DNA of 32,712 nucleotides from a bacterium (GTDB lineage Bacteria > Zhuqueibacterota > Zhuqueibacteria > Zhuqueibacterales > Zhuqueibacteraceae), in contig JBIOXB010000120.1 of assembly GCA_044869275.1 (NCBI GenBank), forward strand, positions 1-32,712. Reading direction: 5' to 3'. Shown here in pieces: positions 1 through 8,924 of this stretch. The number at the start of each line of letters is the position of its first letter. Position 1 is the stretch's first letter. The translations under genes were made by a program, and so were the position numbers. Below the pieces are notes generated by a model, which saw only the letters and a program-made list of their open reading frames with translations, did not search any database and was not told where the DNA came from.

Positions 1-30
1 ACTCTGAAATCGTACTCCAGGAGGTTGAAA

Positions 31-642
31 TTGGCTGACGAAACCAAACCCGCACCGGCGAAAACGGCCGCCGCTCCGGCTGCGCCGGCAGCACCCACGG
101 TGGCGAAACCCGGTTCCAAATCGACGCTTACCAAGCCCATCGAGCCTGGCACGTTGTGGATGAGCCGGCGCAATTTTCTATCGCGCGCCGGGTGGGCGGC
201 CTTTTTCAGCTTCCTCGGCACGATGCTGCTCGGCTCTCTGCGCTTCATGTTTCCGCGCGTGCTGTTCGAGCCTTCCACGGTTTTCAAGGCCGGTTTTCCG
301 GGAGATTATCCCATCGGCGCGGTGAGCACGAAGTGGGTGAAAGATTATCGCACGTGGATCGTGCGGAATGACAAGGGTTTCTTTGCGATCTTCGCGCAAT
401 GCACGCACTTGGGCTGCACCCCGCGCTGGCTCGAGGCCGAAGGTAAATTCAAATGCCCGTGCCATGGCAGCGGCTTCACCATGGACGGCATCAACTTCGA
501 GGGCCCGGCCCCGCGGCCGCTGGAACATGCTAAAATTGCCTTGGCAGAAGATGGGCAGTTGGTGGTTGACACCAGCATCCGCTTCCGCGAAGAGATGGGG
601 CAATGGACCAATGCCGAGGCGTTTTTGGACTACGGCGCGTGA
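31..642 (+). CDS. Rieske 2Fe-2S subunit of a cytochrome bc-type complex
   Basis: CTHLGC and CPCHGS Rieske boxes. SRRNFL twin-arginine motif followed by a TM helix. GGAGG at 20-24 favours TTG at 31 over TTG at 25. Confidence 0.93.
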   Translation: MADETKPAPAKTAAAPAAPAAPTVAKPGSKSTLTKPIEPGTLWMSRRNFLSRAGWAAFFSFLGTMLLGSLRFMFPRVLFEPSTVFKAGFPGDYPIGAVSTKWVKDYRTWIVRNDKGFFAIFAQCTHLGCTPRWLEAEGKFKCPCHGSGFTMDGINFEGPAPRPLEHAKIALAEDGQLVVDTSIRFREEMGQWTNAEAFLDYGA

Positions 643-677
643 TGATTTTGTGATGTTCCATACGGTTGAAAACTGAA

Positions 678-749
678 TGGATGCTGGATACTGGATGCTT
701 GATTCTGGATACTGACAGACATATCCAGCATCAAACATCCAGTATCCAG
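678..749. repeat. Inverted heptamer tandem-repeat hairpin
   Basis: Five TGGATRC-like units (678-712) followed by four reverse-complement RYATCCA-like units (721-748). Confidence 0.85.
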
Positions 750-765
750 AAAAAACGGGGCACTT

Positions 766-957
766 CTGAATCGTGCATTCTGGTATCTGGCCAAGGCTCT
801 GCAAATGCTTGGCCTGTTGATCGTTTTGATCGGCATTTTGATCGCTTTGAGCAATCCCTTGGGCGACGCGGAGTTTCGCGCCGAAACACGAAATGCGATC
901 ATCGGGGTATTGATCTTTGGTGCCGGATGGTTGATGGAAAGAAACCTTCCCAAATAA
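766..957 (+). CDS. Small two-TM membrane protein (63 aa, probable CTG start; not in ORF track)
   Basis: Translates (M)NRAFWYLAKALQMLGLLIVLIGILIALSNPLGDAEFRAETRNAIIGVLIFGAGWLMERNLPK*. GGGG lies just upstream of the CTG. The stop is 1 nt before the next ATG (959). Alternative start ATG 805. Confidence 0.7.
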   Translation: MNRAFWYLAKALQMLGLLIVLIGILIALSNPLGDAEFRAETRNAIIGVLIFGAGWLMERNLPK

Positions 958-958
958 C

Positions 959-2251
959 ATGCGCAAAACACTGGCCATGATTCTTGCCGGGGGACGCGTG
1001 GACGAGTTGTCGGTGCTCACGCAGTACCGCCCCAAATCCGCGGTACCCTTCGGCGGCCTGTATCGCGTCATCGACTTTCCCCTCAGCAACCTCATGAACT
1101 CCGGCATTGAGAACGCCGGCATCCTGTCGCAATACCGCTCCTTTTCATTGATCAATCATCTCGGCAACGGTTCCTCGTGGGAAATGGTGGGGCGCGATCG
1201 TGGCGTGAGCATTTTGCCGCCATACACCGGGCATTCATTGTCACATTGGTATCGCGGCAGCGCCGATGCGGTATTCCAGAATCTGGAATTCATACGCATG
1301 CACGATCCCGAGCTTGTGCTCGTGCTCTCGGGCGACCACATTTACTCCATGAATTATGGCCCGATGCTCAACTTCCATCGCGAAACCGGCGCGGATTTGA
1401 CCATGGGCTTCATCAAGGTGCAAAAAGAGCAGGCGCAGCGCTTCGGCATTGGCCGCATAGCCGGCGACAATCCCCTGGGTGGAAAATTGTTGGACTATCG
1501 CGAGAAGCCTGAAACCTGGCCGCGCTGGCCGGAGCAGGAAATGTGGGCCTCACTCACCATTTATATTTTCTCCCCGGCCGTGCTGTATGAGATTCTCAAG
1601 AAACACGCCGCGCTCGCCCCTGCTTCTTTTGAATTCGGCAAGGACATCATTCCCATGATGCTCGCCGACTACAACGTATTCGCCTACAAATATGAAGGCT
1701 ACTGGGGCTATACGCGCACCATCGACGAATACTGGCAAACCAGCATGGACATGCTCGGCGAGCACCCCAAAATCGCTCCGGAAAAATGGCGCGTGCGCAC
1801 GAACCTCGAGCATAATTCCACGCGCGACCGAGCACCGGCATTGATCGGCTCCACGGCTGAAATCGAAAACTCGCTGATTTACAGCGGCTGCCGCGTGCAC
1901 GGCACAGTCAAAAACAGCATTCTCTTTCCCGGCGTGGAAATCGCCGAAGGCGCGGTGATCGAAGATTCAATCTTGATGTTCGATACGCAAGTGCAAGCCG
2001 GAACGATACTCCACAAAGTCATTACGGATACGCACGTCGTGATCGGTGAGGAATGCGTGATCGGCAGGGGCGACGCGACGATTCCCAACGAGGAATTTCC
2101 GCATCTGCTCACCAGCGGCATCATGCTGATCGGCCAGCACGCGCGTGTTCCAGGCAAACGCAAAATCGGCAGCAATTGCATCGTGCACCCGGATTTGGTC
2201 GAAAGCCAGTTCCGGCAAATGGAATATGAATCGGGGCTGTCAATTAGATGA
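959..2251 (+). CDS. Glucose-1-phosphate adenylyltransferase paralog (divergent, possibly GlgD-like)
   Basis: KSAVPFGGLYRVIDF, WYRGSADAV, LSGDHIY, EKP, FGKDIIP and a C-terminal beta-helix. GGRVDEL replaces GGxGxRL and YWGYTRT replaces YWRDVGT. Confidence 0.85.
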   Translation: MRKTLAMILAGGRVDELSVLTQYRPKSAVPFGGLYRVIDFPLSNLMNSGIENAGILSQYRSFSLINHLGNGSSWEMVGRDRGVSILPPYTGHSLSHWYRGSADAVFQNLEFIRMHDPELVLVLSGDHIYSMNYGPMLNFHRETGADLTMGFIKVQKEQAQRFGIGRIAGDNPLGGKLLDYREKPETWPRWPEQEMWASLTIYIFSPAVLYEILKKHAALAPASFEFGKDIIPMMLADYNVFAYKYEGYWGYTRTIDEYWQTSMDMLGEHPKIAPEKWRVRTNLEHNSTRDRAPALIGSTAEIENSLIYSGCRVHGTVKNSILFPGVEIAEGAVIEDSILMFDTQVQAGTILHKVITDTHVVIGEECVIGRGDATIPNEEFPHLLTSGIMLIGQHARVPGKRKIGSNCIVHPDLVESQFRQMEYESGLSIR

Positions 2252-2268
2252 CAGCAAATGACAGAAGC

Positions 2269-2358
2269 TGGGTGAATGGAGTGCTGGATTGTGGGATTGC
2301 TGGAAAAGCATTGATCCAATAATCAAATACCCCAACTATCCATTCATCCACCAATCCC
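2269..2358. repeat. Inverted octamer tandem-repeat hairpin
   Basis: TGGAKTGY-like units (2269-2308) followed by complementary ...ATCCA units. Confidence 0.75.
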
Positions 2359-2380
2359 TTGCTCCAAGAGATCTCTTTTT

Positions 2381-3643
2381 ATGCGCAAAACCATCGCCAT
2401 GCTGCTCGCCGGCGGCGTGGGCAGCCGGTTGAATATTCTGGCGCACTATCGCGCCAAACCGGCGGTGCCCTTCGGCGGCTTGTATCGCATCATTGACTTC
2501 ACGCTGAGCAACGCCAAGAACTCCGGCCTGATCAATGTCGGCATTCTCACACAATACAAGCCGCTGTCGTTGATGGATCACATCGGCGACGGCCAGGCGT
2601 GGGATCTGATGGGCCGTATGCGCGGCGCGAAGATTCTGCCGCCACGCACGGGTGAGAGCGATTCGGATTGGTACAAAGGCACGGCCGATGCCATCCGCCA
2701 AAATACCAGCTTCATCCGGAATTTCAAATCCGAGCGCGTGGCGATTCTCTCCGGCGACCACATTTACCACATGGATTACAGCCGCATGATCGAGTTCCAC
2801 AAAAATCGCGGCGCAGATTTGACCATCGCGATGATGCGCGTGCCCCTGGAGCAAACGCGGCACTTTGGCATCGGTATCATTGACGGCCAGGATCGCCTCA
2901 TTGCTTGGGAAGAAAAACCCAAGCAGACGACAAGCAATCTCGCTTCGATGGGCGTCTACGTGTTCAATACCGATTTTCTGTTCCATTGCCTCAACACCAT
3001 CGCCGCGCACGATTTTGGCAAGGACACGATTCCCTATGCCATCCAGACGCACAAAGTTTACGCCTTTCCTTTCACCGGCTATTGGCGCGACGTCGGCACG
3101 TTGTATTCCTATTGGGATGCAAACATGGACATTTTGCGTCCCGATTCCGGCCTGCTTCTCGCAGATTGGAACATCTACACCAACTTGGAAGAAGAGGGCC
3201 GCGCCGGCGACCGCCCCCCCACGCGCATTCTCAAGGGCGCGCGCGTGGAAAACAGCTTTGTGGCACAGGGCTGCACAATTGCCGGGACGGTTACCAACAG
3301 CGTGTTGTCGCCCGGCGTCGCGGTCGGAAAGAATGCCGCGGTCGATCACTGCGTGATCATGCACGACTGCGCGATCGAAGAAAATGTGCAATTGTCCTAC
3401 GTCATTGCAGACAAACAAAGCCGCTTCAAACGGAACGCTCGCGCCGGTTTCGGCGACCATACAATTGCGAACCAGAAAACGCCGGAGCATTTGCAGGAAG
3501 GATTGACCTTGATCGGCAAGAATGCCGTGATTCCGGAGAACGTGCATCTCGGCAAAAATTGCATCATTCATCCACTCGTGAGTGAAGCACATTTTCCTAG
3601 CCAAGTCGTTGCGGACGGCACGACCATCGAGCTGTTCAATTAA
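2381..3643 (+). CDS. glgC: Glucose-1-phosphate adenylyltransferase (ADP-glucose pyrophosphorylase)
   Basis: Canonical LAGGVGSRL, RAKPAVPFGG, WYKGTADAI, LSGDHIY, EEKP, SMGVY, DFGKD and YWRDVGT motifs. Confidence 0.93.
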   Translation: MRKTIAMLLAGGVGSRLNILAHYRAKPAVPFGGLYRIIDFTLSNAKNSGLINVGILTQYKPLSLMDHIGDGQAWDLMGRMRGAKILPPRTGESDSDWYKGTADAIRQNTSFIRNFKSERVAILSGDHIYHMDYSRMIEFHKNRGADLTIAMMRVPLEQTRHFGIGIIDGQDRLIAWEEKPKQTTSNLASMGVYVFNTDFLFHCLNTIAAHDFGKDTIPYAIQTHKVYAFPFTGYWRDVGTLYSYWDANMDILRPDSGLLLADWNIYTNLEEEGRAGDRPPTRILKGARVENSFVAQGCTIAGTVTNSVLSPGVAVGKNAAVDHCVIMHDCAIEENVQLSYVIADKQSRFKRNARAGFGDHTIANQKTPEHLQEGLTLIGKNAVIPENVHLGKNCIIHPLVSEAHFPSQVVADGTTIELFN

Positions 3644-3664
3644 CTCAGGATCAGCGCAGCAACT

Positions 3665-6166
3665 TTGAAAGCCATCATCCTGGCCGGGGGCCTGGGCACG
3701 CGCTTGCGCCCCCTCACCCTGACTCGCCCCAAGCCGCTACTCCCCGTGGGCAACCTCCCCATTCTCACGCGTATCATTTTCTCTTTGCGCAAACAGGAAA
3801 TTCGCGACTTTCTCTTTCTGCTGCACTATCAACCCGAGCATTTCAAGCGGACCCTGGGCAATGGCCAGGCCTTCGACGCGCATTTCGAATACGTCGACCT
3901 CGAGCGGGATTTGGGCACGGCCGGCAGCGTGAAATATATCGGCGATCAAATTCGCGAAACCAGCCTGGTCTATTCCGCCGATATTCTCGCCGAAGTGCCG
4001 GTGCAGCGCATGCTGGACTTTCACCATCTCAAAAAATCATTGGTAACGATCGCCCTCTACCCCATGCCGGCGCCGCTGGCTTTCGGCATCGTGCTGCGCC
4101 GCGGCGACGGCAGCATTGCGCGCTTTTTGGAAAAACCCTCATGGCCGCAAGTGTTCAGCGATTGGATCAATTCCGCGATTTACATGATGGAGCCGGGGCT
4201 GGTCGAACATATTCCCAATCACGCGGCCTTTGCGATGTTCGAAAAGGAGGTGTTTCCGCCACTGGCTGCCGCGCACGCGCGCATCTTCGGTTTTCCATTA
4301 TACGGCTACTGGCGCGACGTCGGCACGCCGGAAGATTTGCGGCGGGCGAACATCGATTTCATTCGCGGTAATCTGCCCTTCGCCATGCTCACGCAGGCCG
4401 AAGCGGAACATATGCGCCTCGCCTCCGGCGCCAACGCACAGCATGATTTGTGGATCGGCGAAAACACCCGCTTGGCCGCGAAAGTCGTCATGCAGGAGAC
4501 CGTGATTGGCAAAAATTGCAGCGTCGCTGCAGGCGCAAGGATTTCGAGTAGCGTCATCGGCGACGAGGTTCAAATCGCAGAAGGCGCGCACCTCGAAGGC
4601 GCGATCATTATGGACAAGGTACGCCTCGGTCGCGGCGTGCGCCTGCAAGAAGATAGTTTGATCGGCGCAGGCGCCAGCATAGGTGCAACGGCAATTTTGC
4701 ACAGGAATGCCACGGTGAAGCCCGGAGGCCATATTGCGGAAGCGCGAGTGCTCAATCCGCAAAAAATTCTACCCACCGGCTACCTCCGCCGCTTTGTCGA
4801 TGGCGGCAATCTCTTGGGCTCGCCGCATGAAAGTTTTAATTTGGAGTTTTTGCATTGGGTGGGAAGGTCATTTGCCGCACAACAAAGCGGCAAGGGCGGC
4901 GCAGCCGATCCGTTCTTGTTAGCCACTGCCAGTCGCGAAGTTTTAGGCGATAGCTTCTGGGCACTGGCGCGAGGCCTCTCGGCTGGCGGCCGTGACCTGC
5001 ATCTGCTGGACAGCGTCACCTTGCCGATTGCCAGAAAACATCTTGCCAACAACCACTATGCCGGCGCGTTGTATGTCGGCTGGGAGGACTTTCTTGGATT
5101 GTTGCGAGTGGTGCCGTTACATCCCACTGGCGAGAATTTTTCCACTTTGGAAGCCTGTGCCCTGGAGCGCGCGGAGCTGCCGGAAGACCTGCACACTGGC
5201 GAACAACTGGATCTGGACGCTGCACCAGCGCGCGCAGATTATCTCAATGCCATGGCGGGGTTGCTTCCCAGCCTCGTCGCCCCCAAGAAATTCCTGGTCG
5301 GCGTGACCGGCAGCGCTTCGGAAACCATCTTGCGGAAGCTCATTGAAAGATTTCAATTGCCGGCCTGCGTGACCGCCTTGCCGCTCGAGGCGGGTTCCGG
5401 TTTCAAACATAAGGTCAAAGCCTTGCAGCAAAGCCTGGCCAGGAAATACCAAGAAGGTTACGATTTTGTTTTTTGGATGGGCTCATTCGGCGAAAGACTG
5501 CGCGTGATTCTGCCCGCGCAGGATGCCACGACTTTCGGCGTCAGCGACGTGGTGCTGGCGCAAATCTTGGCGAAGCGCTGGATAAAATCCTGGCCCATTG
5601 TCAACGGCTGGCTTATGCCGGAGACGAAATGGCGCAGCCCGCAAGCTCTCGCCACCGACTCCGCGCCGGTACTGACCGGGATGAACTCCAGCATGGTCAA
5701 GCTGGCGCAAAGATGCGGTTTTGCGAAGTGGTATGGCTTTGACGGCAATGGCGGCATTACCGTTTCCGAATGGATGAACTATCACGACGCCTTGATGGCG
5801 TTGGCGCACGTTCTGCCGCAGGTGGCAGGAAAAAATGCCCACAAGCTCGGGCGTGCGGCAGACAACCTATCGACCCGGCATCATCTCCTGCCTTGCCCGG
5901 ACGAGGCCAAGGCGCAAGTGATGCGCCGCTTGATCGAGAGCTTCGACGATCATGAATGCGAAGTCAACGACGGCGTGAAAATCAAATCCGCCACGGGCTG
6001 GGTGGTGGCGAGATTATGCGCGGGCCGCCCCGCGCTCGAGGTGTTCAAATTCTCGTGGCGCAGCGAAGCTGAAAAGGAAGATGAAATCGAGGCCTTGGCC
6101 GCGCGGGTATTGAGGAATCTCAATGAGTGGATTGCAGAGGTCGAAATGCACACCGGCCTCCCCTAA
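3665..6166 (+). CDS. NDP-sugar (mannose-1-phosphate guanylyltransferase-like) pyrophosphorylase fused to a degenerate phosphomutase-like domain
   Basis: ILAGGLGTRLRPLT..PKPLLP, LGTAG, EKP, YWRDVGT and hexapeptide repeats. The C-terminus has PGM/PMM-type remnants (CPDEAKAQVMRRL, DGVKI). Confidence 0.85.
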   Translation: MKAIILAGGLGTRLRPLTLTRPKPLLPVGNLPILTRIIFSLRKQEIRDFLFLLHYQPEHFKRTLGNGQAFDAHFEYVDLERDLGTAGSVKYIGDQIRETSLVYSADILAEVPVQRMLDFHHLKKSLVTIALYPMPAPLAFGIVLRRGDGSIARFLEKPSWPQVFSDWINSAIYMMEPGLVEHIPNHAAFAMFEKEVFPPLAAAHARIFGFPLYGYWRDVGTPEDLRRANIDFIRGNLPFAMLTQAEAEHMRLASGANAQHDLWIGENTRLAAKVVMQETVIGKNCSVAAGARISSSVIGDEVQIAEGAHLEGAIIMDKVRLGRGVRLQEDSLIGAGASIGATAILHRNATVKPGGHIAEARVLNPQKILPTGYLRRFVDGGNLLGSPHESFNLEFLHWVGRSFAAQQSGKGGAADPFLLATASREVLGDSFWALARGLSAGGRDLHLLDSVTLPIARKHLANNHYAGALYVGWEDFLGLLRVVPLHPTGENFSTLEACALERAELPEDLHTGEQLDLDAAPARADYLNAMAGLLPSLVAPKKFLVGVTGSASETILRKLIERFQLPACVTALPLEAGSGFKHKVKALQQSLARKYQEGYDFVFWMGSFGERLRVILPAQDATTFGVSDVVLAQILAKRWIKSWPIVNGWLMPETKWRSPQALATDSAPVLTGMNSSMVKLAQRCGFAKWYGFDGNGGITVSEWMNYHDALMALAHVLPQVAGKNAHKLGRAADNLSTRHHLLPCPDEAKAQVMRRLIESFDDHECEVNDGVKIKSATGWVVARLCAGRPALEVFKFSWRSEAEKEDEIEALAARVLRNLNEWIAEVEMHTGLP

Positions 6167-6261
6167 TTTTCAGAAGAGGCCGGTGTTCACCAGCGGGGCA
6201 TCGCGAGCACGGAAATCCCGGCCTTCCGTGGAGGGCGAGGGCCATGGCCTAAAGCATGTGC

Positions 6262-6744
6262 TCAAAACTCCTCATAAAAAGCAATTTCGGCAATCGCCAC
6301 CTTCTTGGTTTTGCGCGGCAGCCGGATTTCAACTTCGTCACCGGCGCGATGCTTCATCAGCGCTTGGGCCAGCGGGGATTGATAACTGATGATGCCTCTT
6401 TCGATATCGGTTTCACCATCTCCCAAAATGATGTACTTCTCCTTTTCCCCGGTCGCGGTATCGACGATGGTCACCACTTTTCCCAAAGTCACCATGCCAT
6501 CTGGCAGATCACTTTTGCGAATGATGCGGGCGTTCTGAAAACGCTCCTGCAATAAACCGAGCTTGGCCATGTAATTGGCTTGCTTGTTCTTGGCGGATTC
6601 ATATTCGGCGTTCTCACGCAAATCGCCGTGCTCACGCGCAGTGGCAATTTCTTTGGCAATATCGTTCTTGAGATATCTTTCCAGATCTTCGATTTCTTTA
6701 CGAAGTTTCTCATAACCGGCTTCAGTGAAATAGTACTGCTTCAT
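6262..6744 (-). CDS. greA: Transcription elongation factor GreA
   Basis: HGDLRENAEY motif and ISYQSPLAQAL. AGGAG lies 7 nt before ATG 6744. Confidence 0.95.
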   Translation of the reverse strand: MKQYYFTEAGYEKLRKEIEDLERYLKNDIAKEIATAREHGDLRENAEYESAKNKQANYMAKLGLLQERFQNARIIRKSDLPDGMVTLGKVVTIVDTATGEKEKYIILGDGETDIERGIISYQSPLAQALMKHRAGDEVEIRLPRKTKKVAIAEIAFYEEF

Positions 6745-6908
6745 GTACACGCTCCTGAAATAAAATGAGATCTTTCGCCTCAGATGGCCACGTGCGGAGC
6801 ATTCCTCGAATCAGACCGTAACAGAACGAGAGGGCCGGCGTCCTGCCTCAGGCGGGACGCACCAGCACCAAAATCAAAATTACCGCCTGTCTACACGCAC
6901 TAAAGTTA

Positions 6909-6951
6909 GAACTCCCACAGAATCTTGTCGGTTTCATTTCTGTGGGAGTTC
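6909..6951 (-). terminator. Hairpin in the greA leader (attenuator/terminator-like)
   Basis: Perfect 14-bp stem GAACTCCCACAGAA/TTCTGTGGGAGTTC, followed on the minus strand by a weak U-rich TAACTTT. Confidence 0.45.
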
Positions 6952-7022
6952 AATTTCCGCGGGCAAAATTTCCCGCCCTCCGCGAATATCCGTCAAACGG
7001 ATAACGATTGTTACCGTGATGC

Positions 7023-7051
7023 AATATACGAAATTCGATGCAGGCTTTCAA
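7023..7051 (-). promoter_or_regulatory. sigma70-type promoter for greA
   Basis: Minus strand TTGAAA-N17-TATATT. Confidence 0.6.
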
Positions 7052-7176
7052 TGGATTTTCCTGCGAATTTGTGGTTGCGAATGTGGCTGAGGGCTCATAA
7101 ATTCAATTCGAGTTGAGCCCTGCTCATTCGCGGCGTTTGCCGGAAAGGCGACCTTTCGTCGAATTGAAAAACTTCA

Positions 7177-8340
7177 GTGGCAAATTACTTGACTTCGTTC
7201 AAAAAAAGAATTCCCGTTGAAAAAGCGGTAAAAGCAGCAGAGCTCTCGCCGCAGCGCAAGAAAAACCTGCGCGCCAGGTTGCTGCGCTGGTATCTATCCG
7301 CTCACCGCCGCCTGCCCTGGCGCAGAACCCGCAACCCCTACGCCATCTGGGTTGCGGAAGTGATGCTCCAGCAGACACAAACGGTGAAGGTGCTGGAGTA
7401 TTATGAAGGATTTTTGCGACAGTTCCCCACGCTCCAGGCTTTGGCCACGGCCTCGCTGGATGACGTGCTCAAAGCGTGGGAGGGCATGGGCTATTACGCC
7501 CGGGCGCGCAATTTGCACAAAGCGTCGAAACACGTGGTCCAACATCTGCAGGGAAAATTTCCGGCGGATTACGCCCAGCTCCTGCAAATTCCCGGCATCG
7601 GGCCATACACCGCGGCGGCAGTGGCAAGCATCGCTTTCAATCTTAATCATGCCGTGGTCGATGGCAACGTGGAGCGTGTACTCAGCCGAATTTTTCGAAT
7701 CGAACTTCCGCCCAAGAGTCCCGCTGCCAGGCCCGTCTTTCAAAAATCAGCCGGCGATTTATTATTGCGTGGCCAGGCGCGCCATTGGAATCAAGCGCTC
7801 ATGGAACTGGGTGCTTTAATATGTACCCCAAAAAATCCACGCTGCGAAGAATGTCCCGCGCAAAATTATTGCCGCGCGCATCTCGAATTGGAAGATCCGG
7901 CACAACTGCCGCGCCGGCTCGACAAGGCCCCCCGGCCGCATCGGCATGTTGCCGTGGGTTTGATTTGGAAAAAACAACGGCTCTTGATCGATCAACGGCC
8001 GGAAAACGGCCTGCTCGGAGGGTTATGGGAGTTTCCCGGCGGGAAAATCGAGCCCGGCGAATCGCCGCCTGCAGCCCTGCGCCGCGAACTTCGCGAAGAG
8101 CTGGCGATCGACATTGCCGTTACCCAAAAATTCATGAAAATTGAGCATGGCTACACGCATTATAGCGTCACTTTGCACGTATATAATTGCCGGCATGTGC
8201 GCGGCACGCCCCGCGCACGGGGGTGCCAGGCGTGGAAATGGGTGCAGCCGGACGAGCTGAGACAATTCGCCTTTCCCACTGCCAATCGCAAGATCATCGA
8301 CGCCATTTTGCAGGAAATAAGACATAATGAAACGCGTTGA
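7177..8340 (+). CDS. mutY: A/G-specific adenine DNA glycosylase with C-terminal Nudix domain
   Basis: RRLPWR, EVMLQQT, GYYARARNLH, HhH motif IPGIGPYTA, VDGNV and Fe-S motif CX6CX2CX5C. The start codon is uncertain. Confidence 0.95.
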   Translation: MANYLTSFKKRIPVEKAVKAAELSPQRKKNLRARLLRWYLSAHRRLPWRRTRNPYAIWVAEVMLQQTQTVKVLEYYEGFLRQFPTLQALATASLDDVLKAWEGMGYYARARNLHKASKHVVQHLQGKFPADYAQLLQIPGIGPYTAAAVASIAFNLNHAVVDGNVERVLSRIFRIELPPKSPAARPVFQKSAGDLLLRGQARHWNQALMELGALICTPKNPRCEECPAQNYCRAHLELEDPAQLPRRLDKAPRPHRHVAVGLIWKKQRLLIDQRPENGLLGGLWEFPGGKIEPGESPPAALRRELREELAIDIAVTQKFMKIEHGYTHYSVTLHVYNCRHVRGTPRARGCQAWKWVQPDELRQFAFPTANRKIIDAILQEIRHNETR

Positions 8341-8377
8341 CTCGATTTCATTACCTTTAGGCGAGAATCAAAAATCT

Positions 8378-8458
8378 CTCGCAAAGAGGCGAAGATGCCG
8401 AAAATATGCACACTCTTCTCCCCGGCGAGAACTTGGCCTCTCTGCGCCTTTGTATGAG
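8378..8458. repeat. Degenerate inverted repeat (approx. 9-mer units) between mutY and clpS
   Basis: CGCAAAGAGGCGAAGATGCCGAA is imperfectly complementary to CTTGGCCTCTCTGCGCCTTTG. Confidence 0.4.
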
Positions 8459-8476
8459 CCTTTGGCCAGCTTCTTT

Positions 8477-8770
8477 ATGGGTATCGCCACGCCTTACGAA
8501 GACGAGGACCTGTTAGTCGATGATGACATCGACTCCCGCATCGGCGAACCCTGGAAGGTCATTCTCTACAATGACGACATCCACACCTTTGACGAAGTCA
8601 TTTTGCAGCTGCAGAAAGCTCTGGGTTGCAGTTCCTTGCGTGCGGAGGAGATCGCCTTCGAAGCGCACGCCCGCGGAAAAGCCATCGCTTATAATGGTGA
8701 ATTTGAGGAGTGTTTTCGCATCATGGGAGTATTGCGGGAGATTCAATTGATTGTCGAGATCGAAGGATAG
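8477..8770 (+). CDS. clpS: ATP-dependent Clp protease adaptor ClpS
   Basis: WKVILYNDDIHTFDEVI...AH.RGKA pattern. ATG 8477 gives a typical 97 aa. The longer ORF from 8327 runs through the repeat. Confidence 0.88.
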   Translation: MGIATPYEDEDLLVDDDIDSRIGEPWKVILYNDDIHTFDEVILQLQKALGCSSLRAEEIAFEAHARGKAIAYNGEFEECFRIMGVLREIQLIVEIEG

Positions 8771-8846
8771 CAGCAAGCACTATGCATCTGTATCTATTTC
8801 CACCAAGCCTAAAAATTGTACGGAAATGCCGGCACAAAAACCGCCC

Positions 8847-8924
8847 CTTCCCCATCTCCCACTCTCCCCGTCTCCCACTCTCCCCGTCTCCCACTCTCCC
8901 CGTCTCCCCATCTCCCCGTCTCAC
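8847..8924. repeat. Octamer tandem repeat (TCTCCCAC/TCTCCCCG)
   Basis: Nine consecutive 8-nt units, mostly alternating TCTCCCAC and TCTCCCCG, abutting the stop of the giant gene. Confidence 0.92.

Noticed and set aside
6208..6230. Hairpin CACGGAA/TTCCGTG between convergent genes as a terminator
   Set aside because: Short stem, large loop and no U-tract on either strand.
8327..8476. N-terminal extension of ClpS in the ORF track
   Set aside because: Overlaps the mutY end and crosses an inverted repeat. ATG 8477 gives a normal-length ClpS.
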